A DNA stretch of 64,000 nucleotides from Octopus vulgaris (taxonomy: Eukaryota). Each line of letters starts with the position of its first letter. Positions within the stretch are counted from its first letter, which is position 1. Positions 52,811-64,000 of the stretch are shown here, in pieces. The stretch spans positions 24,676,001 through 24,740,000 of the forward strand of contig OX597815.1 of assembly GCA_951406725.2 (NCBI GenBank), in the 5' to 3' direction. The notes beneath the pieces are model-generated. The model had not been told where the DNA came from and searched no databases. It saw only the letters and a program-made list of their open reading frames with translations. A program made the position numbers and the translations under genes.

Positions 52811-53534
52811 TCTAGATTGTAGCTGAATTTATCTTTGATGAGTGACTGATAGCTTTTCGTCAAATCAGTGCAAACTATTTTGTTTGTTTCAAATTCGGAT
52901 AAGAAAATCGAAATCTCTATTTACTCCCCTCCTTTTTTTTTTCACACCCAACATGCAAATAAATAATAAATAAAATGAAACAAAACAAAATAACAAAAGT
53001 CAAGAAAGAAAGAGAGAGAAGGAATATCACTGATAAACTCTTAAGGATAAATTACCTTCTTAAATATTGTTTCTAAGCTGTTAGGAGCTGTTAAAATATG
53101 AGGTGTCTTATCATAAAAAAAGATAACTAAAACAGATGCAAAAGGATGATGATATATGTCCATATACACATATGTGTGCACACAAACACATGCACACATA
53201 ATACACACACACACACACATACACAAAAGCTTGCACACATCAGCATTTGGTAATGTTATTTTTATATTAGTAAGGCTAACATCATTCAAGAGTGAATTTA
53301 TCTGAAGAGGCCACCTGAGGTGCATAATAATAACTACATTTATAATATACATCCTGGACTTACGCTTTTGATCTATGCCAGCTATTAGTCATCTATCAAA
53401 ATATTTACCTGTTATATAACAGGAAGTAAAACAATACCAAGGAACAGCAATCAGACATGTATATAAATATATGTAACAAAGAACATAGTTAGATGCTGTA
53501 TGTTGGTGTAAACATGCACTTGGAAAGAGTCTCA

Positions 53535-53790
53535 CAAAGGCTGATGCCAGCGCCGACTTGACTGGCTTCCATGTAGGTGACACGTAAAAACCACCAACCG
53601 ATCGTAAAAAGCACCCACTACACTCATGGAGTGGTTGGCATTAGGAAGGGCATCCAGCTGTAGACACACTGCCAGATCAGACTGGAGCCTGGTGCAGCCT
53701 CCTGGCTTCCCAGACCCTGGTTGAACCGTCCAACCCATGCTAGCATGGAAAACGGACGTTAAACAATGATGATGATGATGATGATGATGA
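53535..53790 (+). mobile_element. RTE-LINE 3' tail fragment
   Basis: Family match with a (GAT)n end. Confidence 0.8.
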
Positions 53791-54046
53791 TATGTAGCTA
53801 CTGGCATTTGTTGGCTGGGTCATTACAAAATCAGACAGAGTTATTGCTCTTCTTGGTAAGTCAGAACAATGTCTCATTGTTGCAACATGGTTTATATGGT
53901 TGGATACCCTTCCCATTGTCAGCGACTTTACAGGGTGTACTAGGTGCATTTTATCATGGCACCAACCCCAGAGAAGTCTTGCTCTTGGTAAGATTAGAGT
54001 TCTCTCTATGTTGTTTCCATTCATTCATAAGCCACAATACAGAGGT

Positions 54047-54476
54047 GGGATCTTTTTGGTTTGAACGGCAGTTTTTTCTAGCAGTGTCATATGAAATTGT
54101 CACCCATAATTATGACCCTAGTATCGATCTATTGCGCTTCAATCTATTTTAGGGTTAGGGTTAGAGTTAGGGTTAAGGGTGGGGGGAGGGTATCTTTTTT
54201 TCTTCAGAAATGTAAATAAACCCAATCTGTTCCTTAAATGAGGTACATATTCATATGGCACAGAATGTTTTCACCTCAATAGATGTCATTGATTGGTTGA
54301 AATTGCAGAAATTGAAGAAAAAAAACAACAAATATCTTACAAACTATAGAATGTTCTCAATAAAGCCAAGAGAAAAAGATGTTTTATAAACACATTCTAC
54401 CAGTATACGAAGTTTAAAAGTGTTTAGTTATGTGGAAATTATTTTAAAAAACTGCCGGTCAAACCGGAAAGATCCC
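54047..54476. mobile_element. Unclassified TIR element with a 6-bp TSD carrying (TTAGGG)n
   Basis: TIRs of about 30 bp, gggatctttttggtttgaacggcagtttttt / aaaaaactgccggtcaaaccggaaagatccc. TSD agaggt. Telomere-type hexamers at 54149-54180. Confidence 0.82.
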
Positions 54477-55504
54477 AGAGGTGTGTTTTGTAACAGCACT
54501 AATATTAGGTAAGTTGTCTTGTCATCAGCAAGACTAAAACGTCTTCTCTACTCTATGTTGTTTCTGTTCATTCATCTGTACCAGAGATCTGCTTCATCTC
54601 TGGTAGACATAGAAGAGGGTGATGAGAGGGAATCAGAAGGAAAGTTGCAGAAGACAGAGTAATGGAAAGGAGTCAAAGTAATATAAGCAAAACATTGATA
54701 GAAGAAAGAGTAATAGGGGGGGAGAGAGAGAGAGAGAAAGGAGGAGGTGAGTGACAGACAACTGCAAGACGAAAGTAGGTATGGAGACTGGATACAAGCC
54801 AAACATGGATTTTGATTCTATTTCATAAGTAGCCTAAAGTAGTAGTGTTTATTAATTTATTTGAACCTGAAAGAGACATCTCTTAAAAAAATCATTTCCT
54901 TCCTGTTATACAGACACAGACGCACGTACACACACACACACACACACAAACACTGTATTGTTGTAAAGGTTAAACTGTTTTGTCACATTTAAATAGTATT
55001 GCCATGGGATGTAATATGCATGTATTTGTATGTGTGTGTGTGTGTGTGTACCTATAAATGTATATGATAAACAATGTTCTTGAATTAGACTTAACACCAC
55101 TTACTCAGCAAGCTAATTTGCATAGATAACATTTGAAGTAGAAGCTAAGTAGCAAGTCATTTTGCTCTGACATTACACTATTCTTGCTGTACTCAGTGTT
55201 TATACATTATTTCAACTGACCCTACATTTTGTGCATAAACAAAAAGATGTCATAAAAGTTATTACATATCTAAGTTTCTAAGATGAGTAGTTGTTTGAAT
55301 AATTTATACTCTTTTGAACTGATAATCTCATCTCATCATTTTTATATTTTCATGTCCTGCACTATATCTAAATCGGTTCTACATAAGATATAAAGATTTA
55401 TCTATACGGATGTGTAAGAACATATCTAAGAACAGGACACTCGAAAATGATTAAACATTGAACAAAAAATGTGAATAAATAAGAAAAGTTAGTCAATAGT
55501 CAGG

Positions 55505-55910
55505 AATTTTATGCCAGGCAAAATGCATCATGTCCGTCTTCACAATCTGAGGTCAATTTCCACTGAGGTCAACTTTGCCTTTCATCCTATAGGGGCTGAT
55601 TAAAATAAGCACCTGTTAGACACTGGGATGATGTAATCGAGTTACCCTCTGCCTCACTGAAAATTCTGGTCTTGTGCCAAAATTTGAAACCAATTCTTTC
55701 ACTTGTCTCAGTCATTTGACTGTGGCCATCCTGGAGCACTGCTTTGAATGTTTTTTTTTTTAGTTGAATAAATTGACCCCAAGACTTATTTTTTAAGCCT
55801 AGTATTTATTCCATCGGTCTCTTTTGCCAAACTGCTAAGTTACAAGGATGTAAACACACCAGCACTGTTGGTCAAACGGTGGTGGGGGGGAACAAACACA
55901 AAGAGACACA

Positions 55911-55955
<45 letters not shown>

Positions 55956-56110
55956 TTCTTTCAGTTTCTGTCTACCAAATCCACTCCTAAGGTTTTGGTT
56001 GGCCTGAGGTTATAGTGGAAGACACTTTCTCAAGGTGCCATGCAGTGGGACTGAACCCACAATCATGTGGTTAGGAAGCAAGCTTCTTACCACACAGCCA
56101 TGCCTGCACC
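55505..56110. mobile_element. Degenerate SINE A (+) tail-to-tail with SINE B (-)
   Basis: Family matches at 55505-55690 and 55695-56110. Confidence 0.75.
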
Positions 56111-56165
56111 AATATTTGCAATTATATTGCAAAAGTGTTTTTTAATAGGTTTCTGTTATTTTTTA

Positions 56166-56210
<45 letters not shown>

Positions 56211-57991
56211 TTTTCAGCTGTGATAAACAATAATTAGCAACTATTAAATTATGGCAAATGTGTTTTTTTAGTATTATTTAGTTGTGATATTACAGACTAT
56301 CATCTCTTATTTGTATAAACTGTTATGTAAGAGCAGTAGGTACTTTGAAAGTTTACATTCAGACATTCTTTGGAAATGTCACTACTGAAACTATTCTTTT
56401 ATTTTGTGTCTACTAAATAAATGTTACACTGAGTACCTTCAGCCCTGATATTAAATTATACAGTGAAATAGCAGGGTAAATGTACCAGGCATATATAGTA
56501 ATTAATCTCCTTTTTCTATATCAGGGTCAACATTACTTTTCATTCTTCTCTATCAAGGCCACTGTTGACCTTCATCCCTCCATGGCGGATAAAATAATTA
56601 TGTAATACTAAGATTGCAGTATTGAATGTTATAACCTACAGTTTGTTGGAGTATCACAGAAAGACTGTCTTCATTCAGTGTATCTAGGACAGACGTTTCA
56701 AGTGTTTCTCTTTTTTTTCTTTAGGTGCATTTTAGAATAAATAAAAAATATTTTATTACTCCCTATGCATAAAGTTTTAAAAAGACATAAAAAATACAGT
56801 ATTTATAAATTTTAGTTTATAATGAAATTTACATTATTTATGTCTGTAATCTAAAATATATACTTATTTTTAAAATAAATTTATTAAACTTTATGTACAA
56901 AGTATGATAATAAAACACTTATAAACATTAGTTTATAGACATAACTAATGTAAACTACAGATATTTTATCACACTTCACAAATAAAGTTTAATAAATATA
57001 TTAAAAATGTATTTATATATATTTATAAAAGTATTTATATATATTGAAAATGTATGTATATATTCTATAAAAATGTATTTATATTTAGAAATAACAAATG
57101 TAAACAAGAGAAAATTCTGAAGTGCTTACTTTTTTATTCAACAAGTGACACATAATCATCAAGATTTTATATTTAGAATCTCAGTTTGTATTTTTTACAT
57201 TTTTAAAATATATTATTAAAGGAGTGTTGTAATTTGTTTGAAGCATTGTAATGTATAAATGATATAAATATTAAAAAAAAAAAAGAAACTTTAAGCAATG
57301 CAGTAGAGGTGTTAGACAAAATAGGTAGTGTGATGTCAATAAATAAAAACAAAAATAGGATATCGTGTTCAATTACACAGGTTGTTGAATGCTTCTATTA
57401 TATTTTCTGAAATATGATAGAAGCATTTAACAACCTCTGAAAGATAATACAGTATCTTGTTTTTGTTTTTATTTACTGGCATTACTTTACATATTTGCCT
57501 AACTTCTCATTCATATCGCTTAAAGGCTTTTTAAAATACTTATACATTTATTATTATTTTTGTGATATAACTGGACACACATCTCAAAGAAACCAGAGTA
57601 CCCTGGTGCAGCCATGCAAAAACCATTGATTTAAGGTAAGTCAGCTCAATAGATTCCAGTTATTCCAAAGGCATACTCACCAGAGGGGTTGAACACATGT
57701 CAGTTTCACATTTACATTTAGATAAACTGAGCTGTTTGAAAGCTAGATATCTTAGTCGTGGATACAACATACAGACAATTACTAGATACAAACCATCAAG
57801 AAGTGATATAATTGAATAAACTTCAATAAGTCAACAAAGAAGCTTCGATAAACCAATGAGGAAGCCTGAGCATGGCTGTATGAACTTCTAGAAAAAGCAG
57901 TCACATTTTCTTTATATCATATCCTCAACTTCTTTAAAACTGAAATAGTAATTTAGCCCTACACACACACACAAACTATATATGAATCAAT

Positions 57992-58210
57992 AGGCAGTGA
58001 GCTGGCAGACATGGGCAAAATGCTTAGCGGTATTTCATCTGTCTTAATGTTCTGAGCTCAAATTCTGCCAAAGTCGACTTTGCCTTTCATCCTTTCGGGA
58101 TTGATAAATGAAGTACCAGTTTTGCACTGGGGTCGATGTAATCAACTTAATCCTTTTGTCTGTCCTTGTTTGTCCCCTCTATGTTTAGCCCCTTGTGGGC
58201 AATAAAGAAA
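57992..58210 (+). mobile_element. SINE family A
   Basis: Family match, flanked by tatatatgaatcaatag direct repeats. Confidence 0.85.
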
Positions 58211-59409
58211 TATATATATGAATCAATAGACGGAATAGCTTTGATCCTTGAACTCCTTGATCAGTGCTGATTCAAGGTTAAACAACAAATGCTAGGCCAA
58301 TTCAAATTACAAATAATCTATCAAATAAATTTTAAAATGTCATACTGTTGGTGTCATAAGACCAAATAAAGCCTATTGCATATACTACCATTGCATAATC
58401 TATCATTATCATGTTTCCAGCTTATATGCAATAAAGATCAAAGAAATGTTTATGTTTGAAAAGCAATTGTTTATTCATTTTGAATAGAAAATGTTAATGT
58501 TAATATTTTGAGCTGAATAAAGACAGGATGAAGAGAAGACGTAATACACTATAGATTATTTCTATTTCTCCGAAGTGGATCACTTGTTTGTTTCTCTTGT
58601 ATTACTTCTTCATTCTGATTCCAGCCAACAGCCAGCTTGTAGTTCATTATGTTCCCTTTCTATAAACTTCCTCTCCCTTCTCACTCATTCTGGCTCACCC
58701 AAGACTAGATGTCTTCAACAACTCAGTGTATAGTAGGGCTTGTTTTCATATTTCCTTTGTTAGAATGAAACTATTCTGTTTACTATGCAATGAAATTTTG
58801 TTCTGTTTACCATGCATAGTACTCATGGTATTGCTCCTAAAATTATTTGTTGTATGGTATTATATTAACAGAACTGCAGCCACATCCTACATAACTTTCT
58901 GGTGAGAAATTGGCAAAACAAGAGCTTTGTATGGAAACCAAAAAGACACCTTAATACAGTTTCTCTATTGATGTAATAAATCTGTTCAATAATTTAGAAG
59001 GCTCTAAATAACTGATCAAATATACCAATCTAAATAATTTATCAAGACCATTATTATTTCTGAAAAAATTCAAGAAGCAAGTATGTTGTTGCAAAAAAAG
59101 TTAAACTTTCACACAGTTGCTGAGTCAACAATGTTATGTTGTAAAAATTGTGAATATTCTGCTTTGAGGATGAATATAAAAAATAGTTTGCCTTTCCTAT
59201 ATCAGATAACACATATTAGCCAATGCATAAAGTTATGTCTGAAGGCACTAAATTAAAAGTGATTGCTAGTATTATAGAATCCACATTTTTGTTTTTCTAT
59301 TCAGATGGATAACTGACATAACAAAAGTTTAGCTCCTGGTATTTAGTGTGTTTTGATATAAAGATATGAAAAAACATTTTTTTTTTTCATATTCAAAGTT
59401 TCCTTATTT

Positions 59410-61113
59410 GGTGGGCGATGTGGAAACTGGGGATTGATGAATGGCTAATAAGGGCTGTACAGGCCCTATACAGAGATGTCGTTAGTAAAGTTAGGATTGG
59501 TAATGTGTATAGCAAAGAATTCCGGGTAGGAGTAGGGGTCCACCAAGGATTAGCACCCTCTTATTCATCATAGTCCGCCAGGCAATAAAAGAGGAATTCA
59601 AGACAGGTTGCCCCTGGGAGCTCCTCTATGCTGTTGACCTGGCCCTCATAGCAAAATCACTACCAGAACTAGAGAAGAAATTTCAGGTGTGGAAGCAAGG
59701 TTTAGAATCGAAGGGCTTTACAGTCAATGTTGCAATGGCCAAAGTTCTAGTAAGTAGGAAGGTGAACACATCACACACCCCTTTAGGTAGGTGGCCCTGC
59801 TTGATTTGTAGAAAAGATGTAGGTAGAATCTCCATAATACGTACCTAGTGTAAGCTATGGACACATAAGAGGAGCAACAACATCAAAGGAAGATTAACTG
59901 AGAAGATAGCTCTCATGTGCAGCAGATGCACAGGGGCAATAAACACCACAGATGCTCAGAAAACAGATTCCATCACATGCCAGGGAGGGAAACTAGAAGA
60001 AGTTGATAGCTTCTGCTACATAGGTGACCAAGTCTGTAGTGGGGGTGGATGCTCAAAGAGCATTACCACCAGAATAAGAATAACCTGGGCAAAGTTCAGA
60101 AAGAATCTACACCTATGGGCAACAAAGGGCCTCTTGCTCAGAGTGAAAGGTAGGTCGTATGATGCATGTGTGCAAACTGCCATAGTCTATGGCAGTGAAA
60201 CATGTGCCGTGACTGCTGAAACATGTGTAGGCTCAAAAGAAATGAAGCTAGCATGATCCACTGGATGTGTAATATCAGTGTGCACACATGACAGAGTGTA
60301 AGTGCCCACAGAGAAATGTTAGACATAAGAAGCATTGAATGTAGCGTGCAAGAGAGACGTTTGCATTGGTATGGTCATGTACTACGGATGGACATGTGCT
60401 GCATGATATGGTTATGTGCTGCATATGAATGTGGAGAGCTGTGTGAAGAAGTGCCACTCCCAATAAGTGGAAGGAATCTGAGATAGAGGGAGACCCAGGA
60501 AGACATGGAATGAGGTGAAGTGTGACCTTCAAATGTTGGGCCTCACAGAGGCAATGACAAAAGACAGACCTCTGGAGGTATGCTGTGAATGAGAAGACCT
60601 GGCAAATAAAGTGATTTCACAGCTGTAACCTATGCCAGCATCGCATAACCAGCCCACTCAAAAGTACCTTGGATTGTAGGGTGACATACTGTGCTTGAGG
60701 AGAGCTGTTGTGTCAAGTACATCGACACCAACATCAATATCAAAATCAAATCAAATCAAATAACAATCAAATGGAAATTGTAGTTGTGACCCTCGTGCTG
60801 GTTGCACATGAAAAGCACCATCCAAATGTGGCCAATGCCAGTGTCATCTTGATTGGCTTCCATGCCGGTGGCGTGTAAAAAGCACCATCCGATCATGGCC
60901 GATGCCAGCTCCTCTGGCCTCTGTACCGGTGGCACGTAAAAAGCACCCACTACACTCTCAGAGTGGTTGGTGTTAGGAAGGGCATCCAGCTGTAGAAACT
61001 CTGCCAGATCAGATTGGGGCATGGTGCAACCTCCTGGTTTCCCGGACCCCAATTGAACTGTCCAACCCATGCCAGCATGGAAAACGGACGTTAAATGATG
61101 ATGGTGATGATGA
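59410..61113 (+). mobile_element. 5'-truncated RTE-clade LINE (degraded reverse transcriptase, 3' UTR, (GAT)n tail)
   Basis: VGVHQG, WELLYA(V)DL (YADD-like), LEEVDSFCYIGD, RIRITWAKF and AIVYGSET motifs with stops and frameshifts. Contiguous with the tail seen more than a dozen times in the window. Confidence 0.9.
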
Positions 61114-61862
61114 CTTCCCAAAACAATAAAAGGCAAAGATATTTTTCATGTTGAAATAATCAGTTATATCTGTTCATATGTTCTGATAGTGGAAAATCTG
61201 TTTGTCGATGTCTTACCATAGCTCTTTTTGAACATGGATGGTGAATAAGCATACCTTTCAGTTCCTTTAAGATGTGACCTATAATTGTTCTTAATCAATC
61301 ATATTTATAGCAAAAGTACCAGCTTCACAAAGATATGAAGGCATGCTTCAGAATTTGATTGGAGAGAGTTCCATCTATGAAAATAAAATTAAGAGAATTT
61401 TCAACACTGATGAAGCAAAAGAACTCTGCAGTTTGTTTCTTCCACAGGGAAACCTTCATTTCAAAATCATTAACTCTGAACACAAAACAGTACAGGCTGC
61501 AACTGTTAGAATGTAATTATATCAAAAGTAGACCATTAAATTCAAGATTGTTGTCCACAGGCTGTTCTTCTGTGATTGCTGCACACACATCATCTAGTGC
61601 ACACAGAAGTGAGATGCTTGTCTTTAGGGAAAGTGTTTTTAAGGCTTTTGTGTACTGAAAGAAGAAGCTCTACTTTCTTCCTGTCTAAAAAGATATTCTG
61701 TTGGTACTGTTCCTTAATGAGACATGGAAGTTGCATTCTTAGCTGACATTTTCCAAGAATTAAACATATATAACAAGACTATGAAGAGAAAGAATGAAAA
61801 CATTATCCCGTGTACTGACAAAATTAACTCGTAAGTAAAAATTAACACTGTAGAGAACCAGA

Positions 61863-62318
61863 ATATAAATAGAGAACAAAGTTAAAATATTACGGAGATG
61901 TAGTTGCATAGCAAGTGACCTGATCTGAGATCGTGTGCTGGAACGAAAACAATTGCAGCGTGGAAGGTGTTTATATGCCATTTAAGAAACACACAAAAAC
62001 CATTAGATTCACTTCAACATTTAAATTTAATTTGCCAAAATATTTTCATCGCTTTAAGACTGCAACCTGTTCACTGACAAAATTCCATGGAAGTGAATCT
62101 AACGGTTTTTGTGTGTTTCTTAAATGGCTTATAAACACCTTCCACACTGCAAAGTTGAAATATCTGAACTGATAAAATCTTGCAAATCGGTAAAAAAACC
62201 TGGCATATAAACACCTTCCATGCTGCAATTGTTTTCGTTCCAGCACACGATCTCAGATCAGGTCACTTGCTATGCAAGTACATCTCCATAATATTTTAAC
62301 TTTGTTCTCTATTTATAT
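61863..62318. mobile_element. Doubly nested fold-back element (PLE-like)
   Basis: 61863-61980 pairs with 62201-62318, and 61955-62015 pairs with 62090-62150. Confidence 0.82.
62031..62081 (-). ncRNA. Minimal type-I hammerhead ribozyme motif, G3-C8 variant
   Basis: Minus strand: UUUGUCA GUGAACA G GUUGC agucuuaaa GCGAU GAAA AUAU UU UGGCAAA. 7-bp stem I and palindromic AAAUAUUU stem III. Confidence 0.65.
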
Positions 62319-63558
62319 AGTAATATTTGTCACTGCTGAGTTGGAAAGTATTTTCTGTCACTTGATGTATCTTCCCTTGATGCCTTCAACTCAATAAAAC
62401 TTATTGCTTCAGAAGAAGAGGTGACAGAAATCAGAAAAGATAGAGGAATGAAACTGTAACACTCATCACAAGACATAATGCCATTCTAGTTGTCTCTCAG
62501 TCAAGAATACTCTATATTCTAAATGGCAGCATTTAAAGAAGTCCTTTTTTTCTCAACTTGATATCTTTGTGAAGTTCTTTTTTTGTGTTACAAATATGGT
62601 TAAAAAGAAGAACAGGTTGCATCTAAAATAAGCTTAATCACCATTCATCTTCAAAAAGGAGCCATGGTAAGACATTGACAAACAGATTTCCCACTAATAT
62701 TATAATATTATACTTTTCATTTGTTCATAGTTACAGTTATAAATAAACAGAAGATATTAATGTGTAGCTTCTGCATTCCTTATTAGTTATAGTTTGTAAT
62801 ATCATAAACACAGCCAGATCAGACAGGAATGTGGGGCAGCCTCCTGGCTTCCCAGACCCCGGTCGAACCATCCAACCTGTGCTAGCACGGAAAACGGATG
62901 TTAAACAATGATGATGATGATGATGACATATTTTAAGGCTATTTTATAGAGCAGAAAATGTTAAATGCACAATAATTAAAATTACCCTGAGATGACAACA
63001 CCCTCAGTGCATTAAACCTATCCCTATATTACTAAAAATGTTTGCAATTTCACAACCTCATCTCTGTAGTTTATGCACAAAATTTTAAGTGCAATCAAAC
63101 TTTACATTAATGCAAGTTGCACATTGTATTTTAATGCTTCACACTGATGCATATGTAACCCTTTACAACTTAATGCAAGCAATGTATACACCCATCTGTT
63201 TGAAGGCAATTCTAAAACTTGTTTCTTTATATATAGATAGATATATATTGTCAATTCAAATAAAGGGAAAATGAAATTAACAATACAAACAAGATGATGT
63301 GCACAAGGAATGTATTAGTTTGACGCTCAGAAAAAAAAAAAAGAGCTTTTGACATTCCGAGCATGGCTCTTTGTTGGAAAGAGAAAGGGAAATGTCTGAA
63401 GAAGGAAAAGAAATTGTCAACAGTGCATGTGTAGTTAGATTGCTTAAGTGACTGGAAGTGGAAAAAGAAAGAGAAAATGGTTTTTTTGAGAAAGGAGAGT
63501 GCACAGATAGTCAGTGTGTGTGTGTGTGTGTGTGTATGTGTACATACACACACACATA

Positions 63559-64000
63559 CAGGGTGCAGTGAATAAACTGTCATCTAAATTATGCAAAAAG
63601 GAAAATAACACCGACATTTCATTTTAACAGATATATTTACCAAAACTACAAAAAAAATATCTTGAAATACCATAGAGTAAGTTTATCCAATAAAATTGTC
63701 ATTGGCTTCAACCACAGCCTCCAGATGACTTCGGAAGCTCCTGCAACTCTGGATGGTCTCCTTGTTTAAGTTGGTGAATGCTGCCATAATCAGTTCATCT
63801 TTGGTGTTACAAGGAGTTTTGTTGGTCTTTTGCTCAACTGCGCCCCACACATAATAATCAAGGGGGTTGCATTCTGAGGAGTTAGGTGGCCAGATGTTAG
63901 AGGTGATGTGGTTGCAGAAATTGTCTGACAGTCATGACTGGATTCTCCTGCTTGTGTGGCATGGTGCAGAGTCCTGTAGCCAGACAAAGGGTCTTCCAGC
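63559..64000 (-). mobile_element. Tc1/mariner maT (DD37D) transposon 3' end with pseudogenised transposase
   Basis: Minus strand QDSAPCHTSRRIQS*LSDNFCNHITSNIWPPNSSECNPLDYYVWG, with exactly 37 residues between the last two Asp. Terminus TA|CAGGGTG at 63559. Confidence 0.88.

Larger units (their letters stand above)
61188..62700 (+). mobile_element. Degraded hAT (Buster/ZBED5-like) transposase remnant, interrupted by a fold-back element
   Basis: CFFHRE, NYIKSRPLNSRL and HTEVRCLSLGKV motifs (61430-61640), plus a YLCE-like motif at about 62560. Confidence 0.72.

Noticed and set aside
54149-54180. True telomere or chromosome-fusion scar
   Set aside because: Only about five imperfect hexamers are present, enclosed in a TIR/TSD-bounded element.
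43817-64000. Upstream ITPR exons (start codon to ...RYSAQKQFWK...KLH)
   Set aside because: I searched by eye on the minus strand and found no match. They probably lie beyond 64000; TBLASTN with an ITPR N-terminus would settle it.

Overview
This is AT-rich, repeat-dense animal genomic DNA. The SINE/LINE repertoire and microsatellite load suggest a coleoid cephalopod such as Octopus; that is inference, not a database result. The only host gene I can support is an inositol 1,4,5-trisphosphate receptor (ITPR) on the minus strand. Seven GT-AG exons (43730-43816, 37204-37362, 29285-29383, 8093-8176, 6827-6973, 3934-4029, 2012-2172) splice in frame and encode most of the suppressor domain and the start of the IP3-binding core (MIR region). 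The first exons and the rest of the gene lie outside the window or were not found. The introns contain three tRNA-derived SINE families, RTE- and L1/Tx1-like LINE remnants, hAT, mariner, maT and pogo-type DNA transposon remnants and MITEs, a non-autonomous Helitron and satellites. The most interesting signal is a set of long fold-back elements that look derived from Penelope-like elements (PLEs); one shares sequence with a GIY-YIG endonuclease remnant. They carry minimal type-I hammerhead-ribozyme motifs whose cores covary at the 3-8 tertiary pair (C3-G8, U3-A8, G3-C8), and one family has an unusually long stem II. Several ITPR codons differ from the conserved residue by a single A-to-G change, so they are candidates for restorative A-to-I editing. 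Repeat boundaries were read by eye and are approximate; exon boundaries were checked codon by codon.
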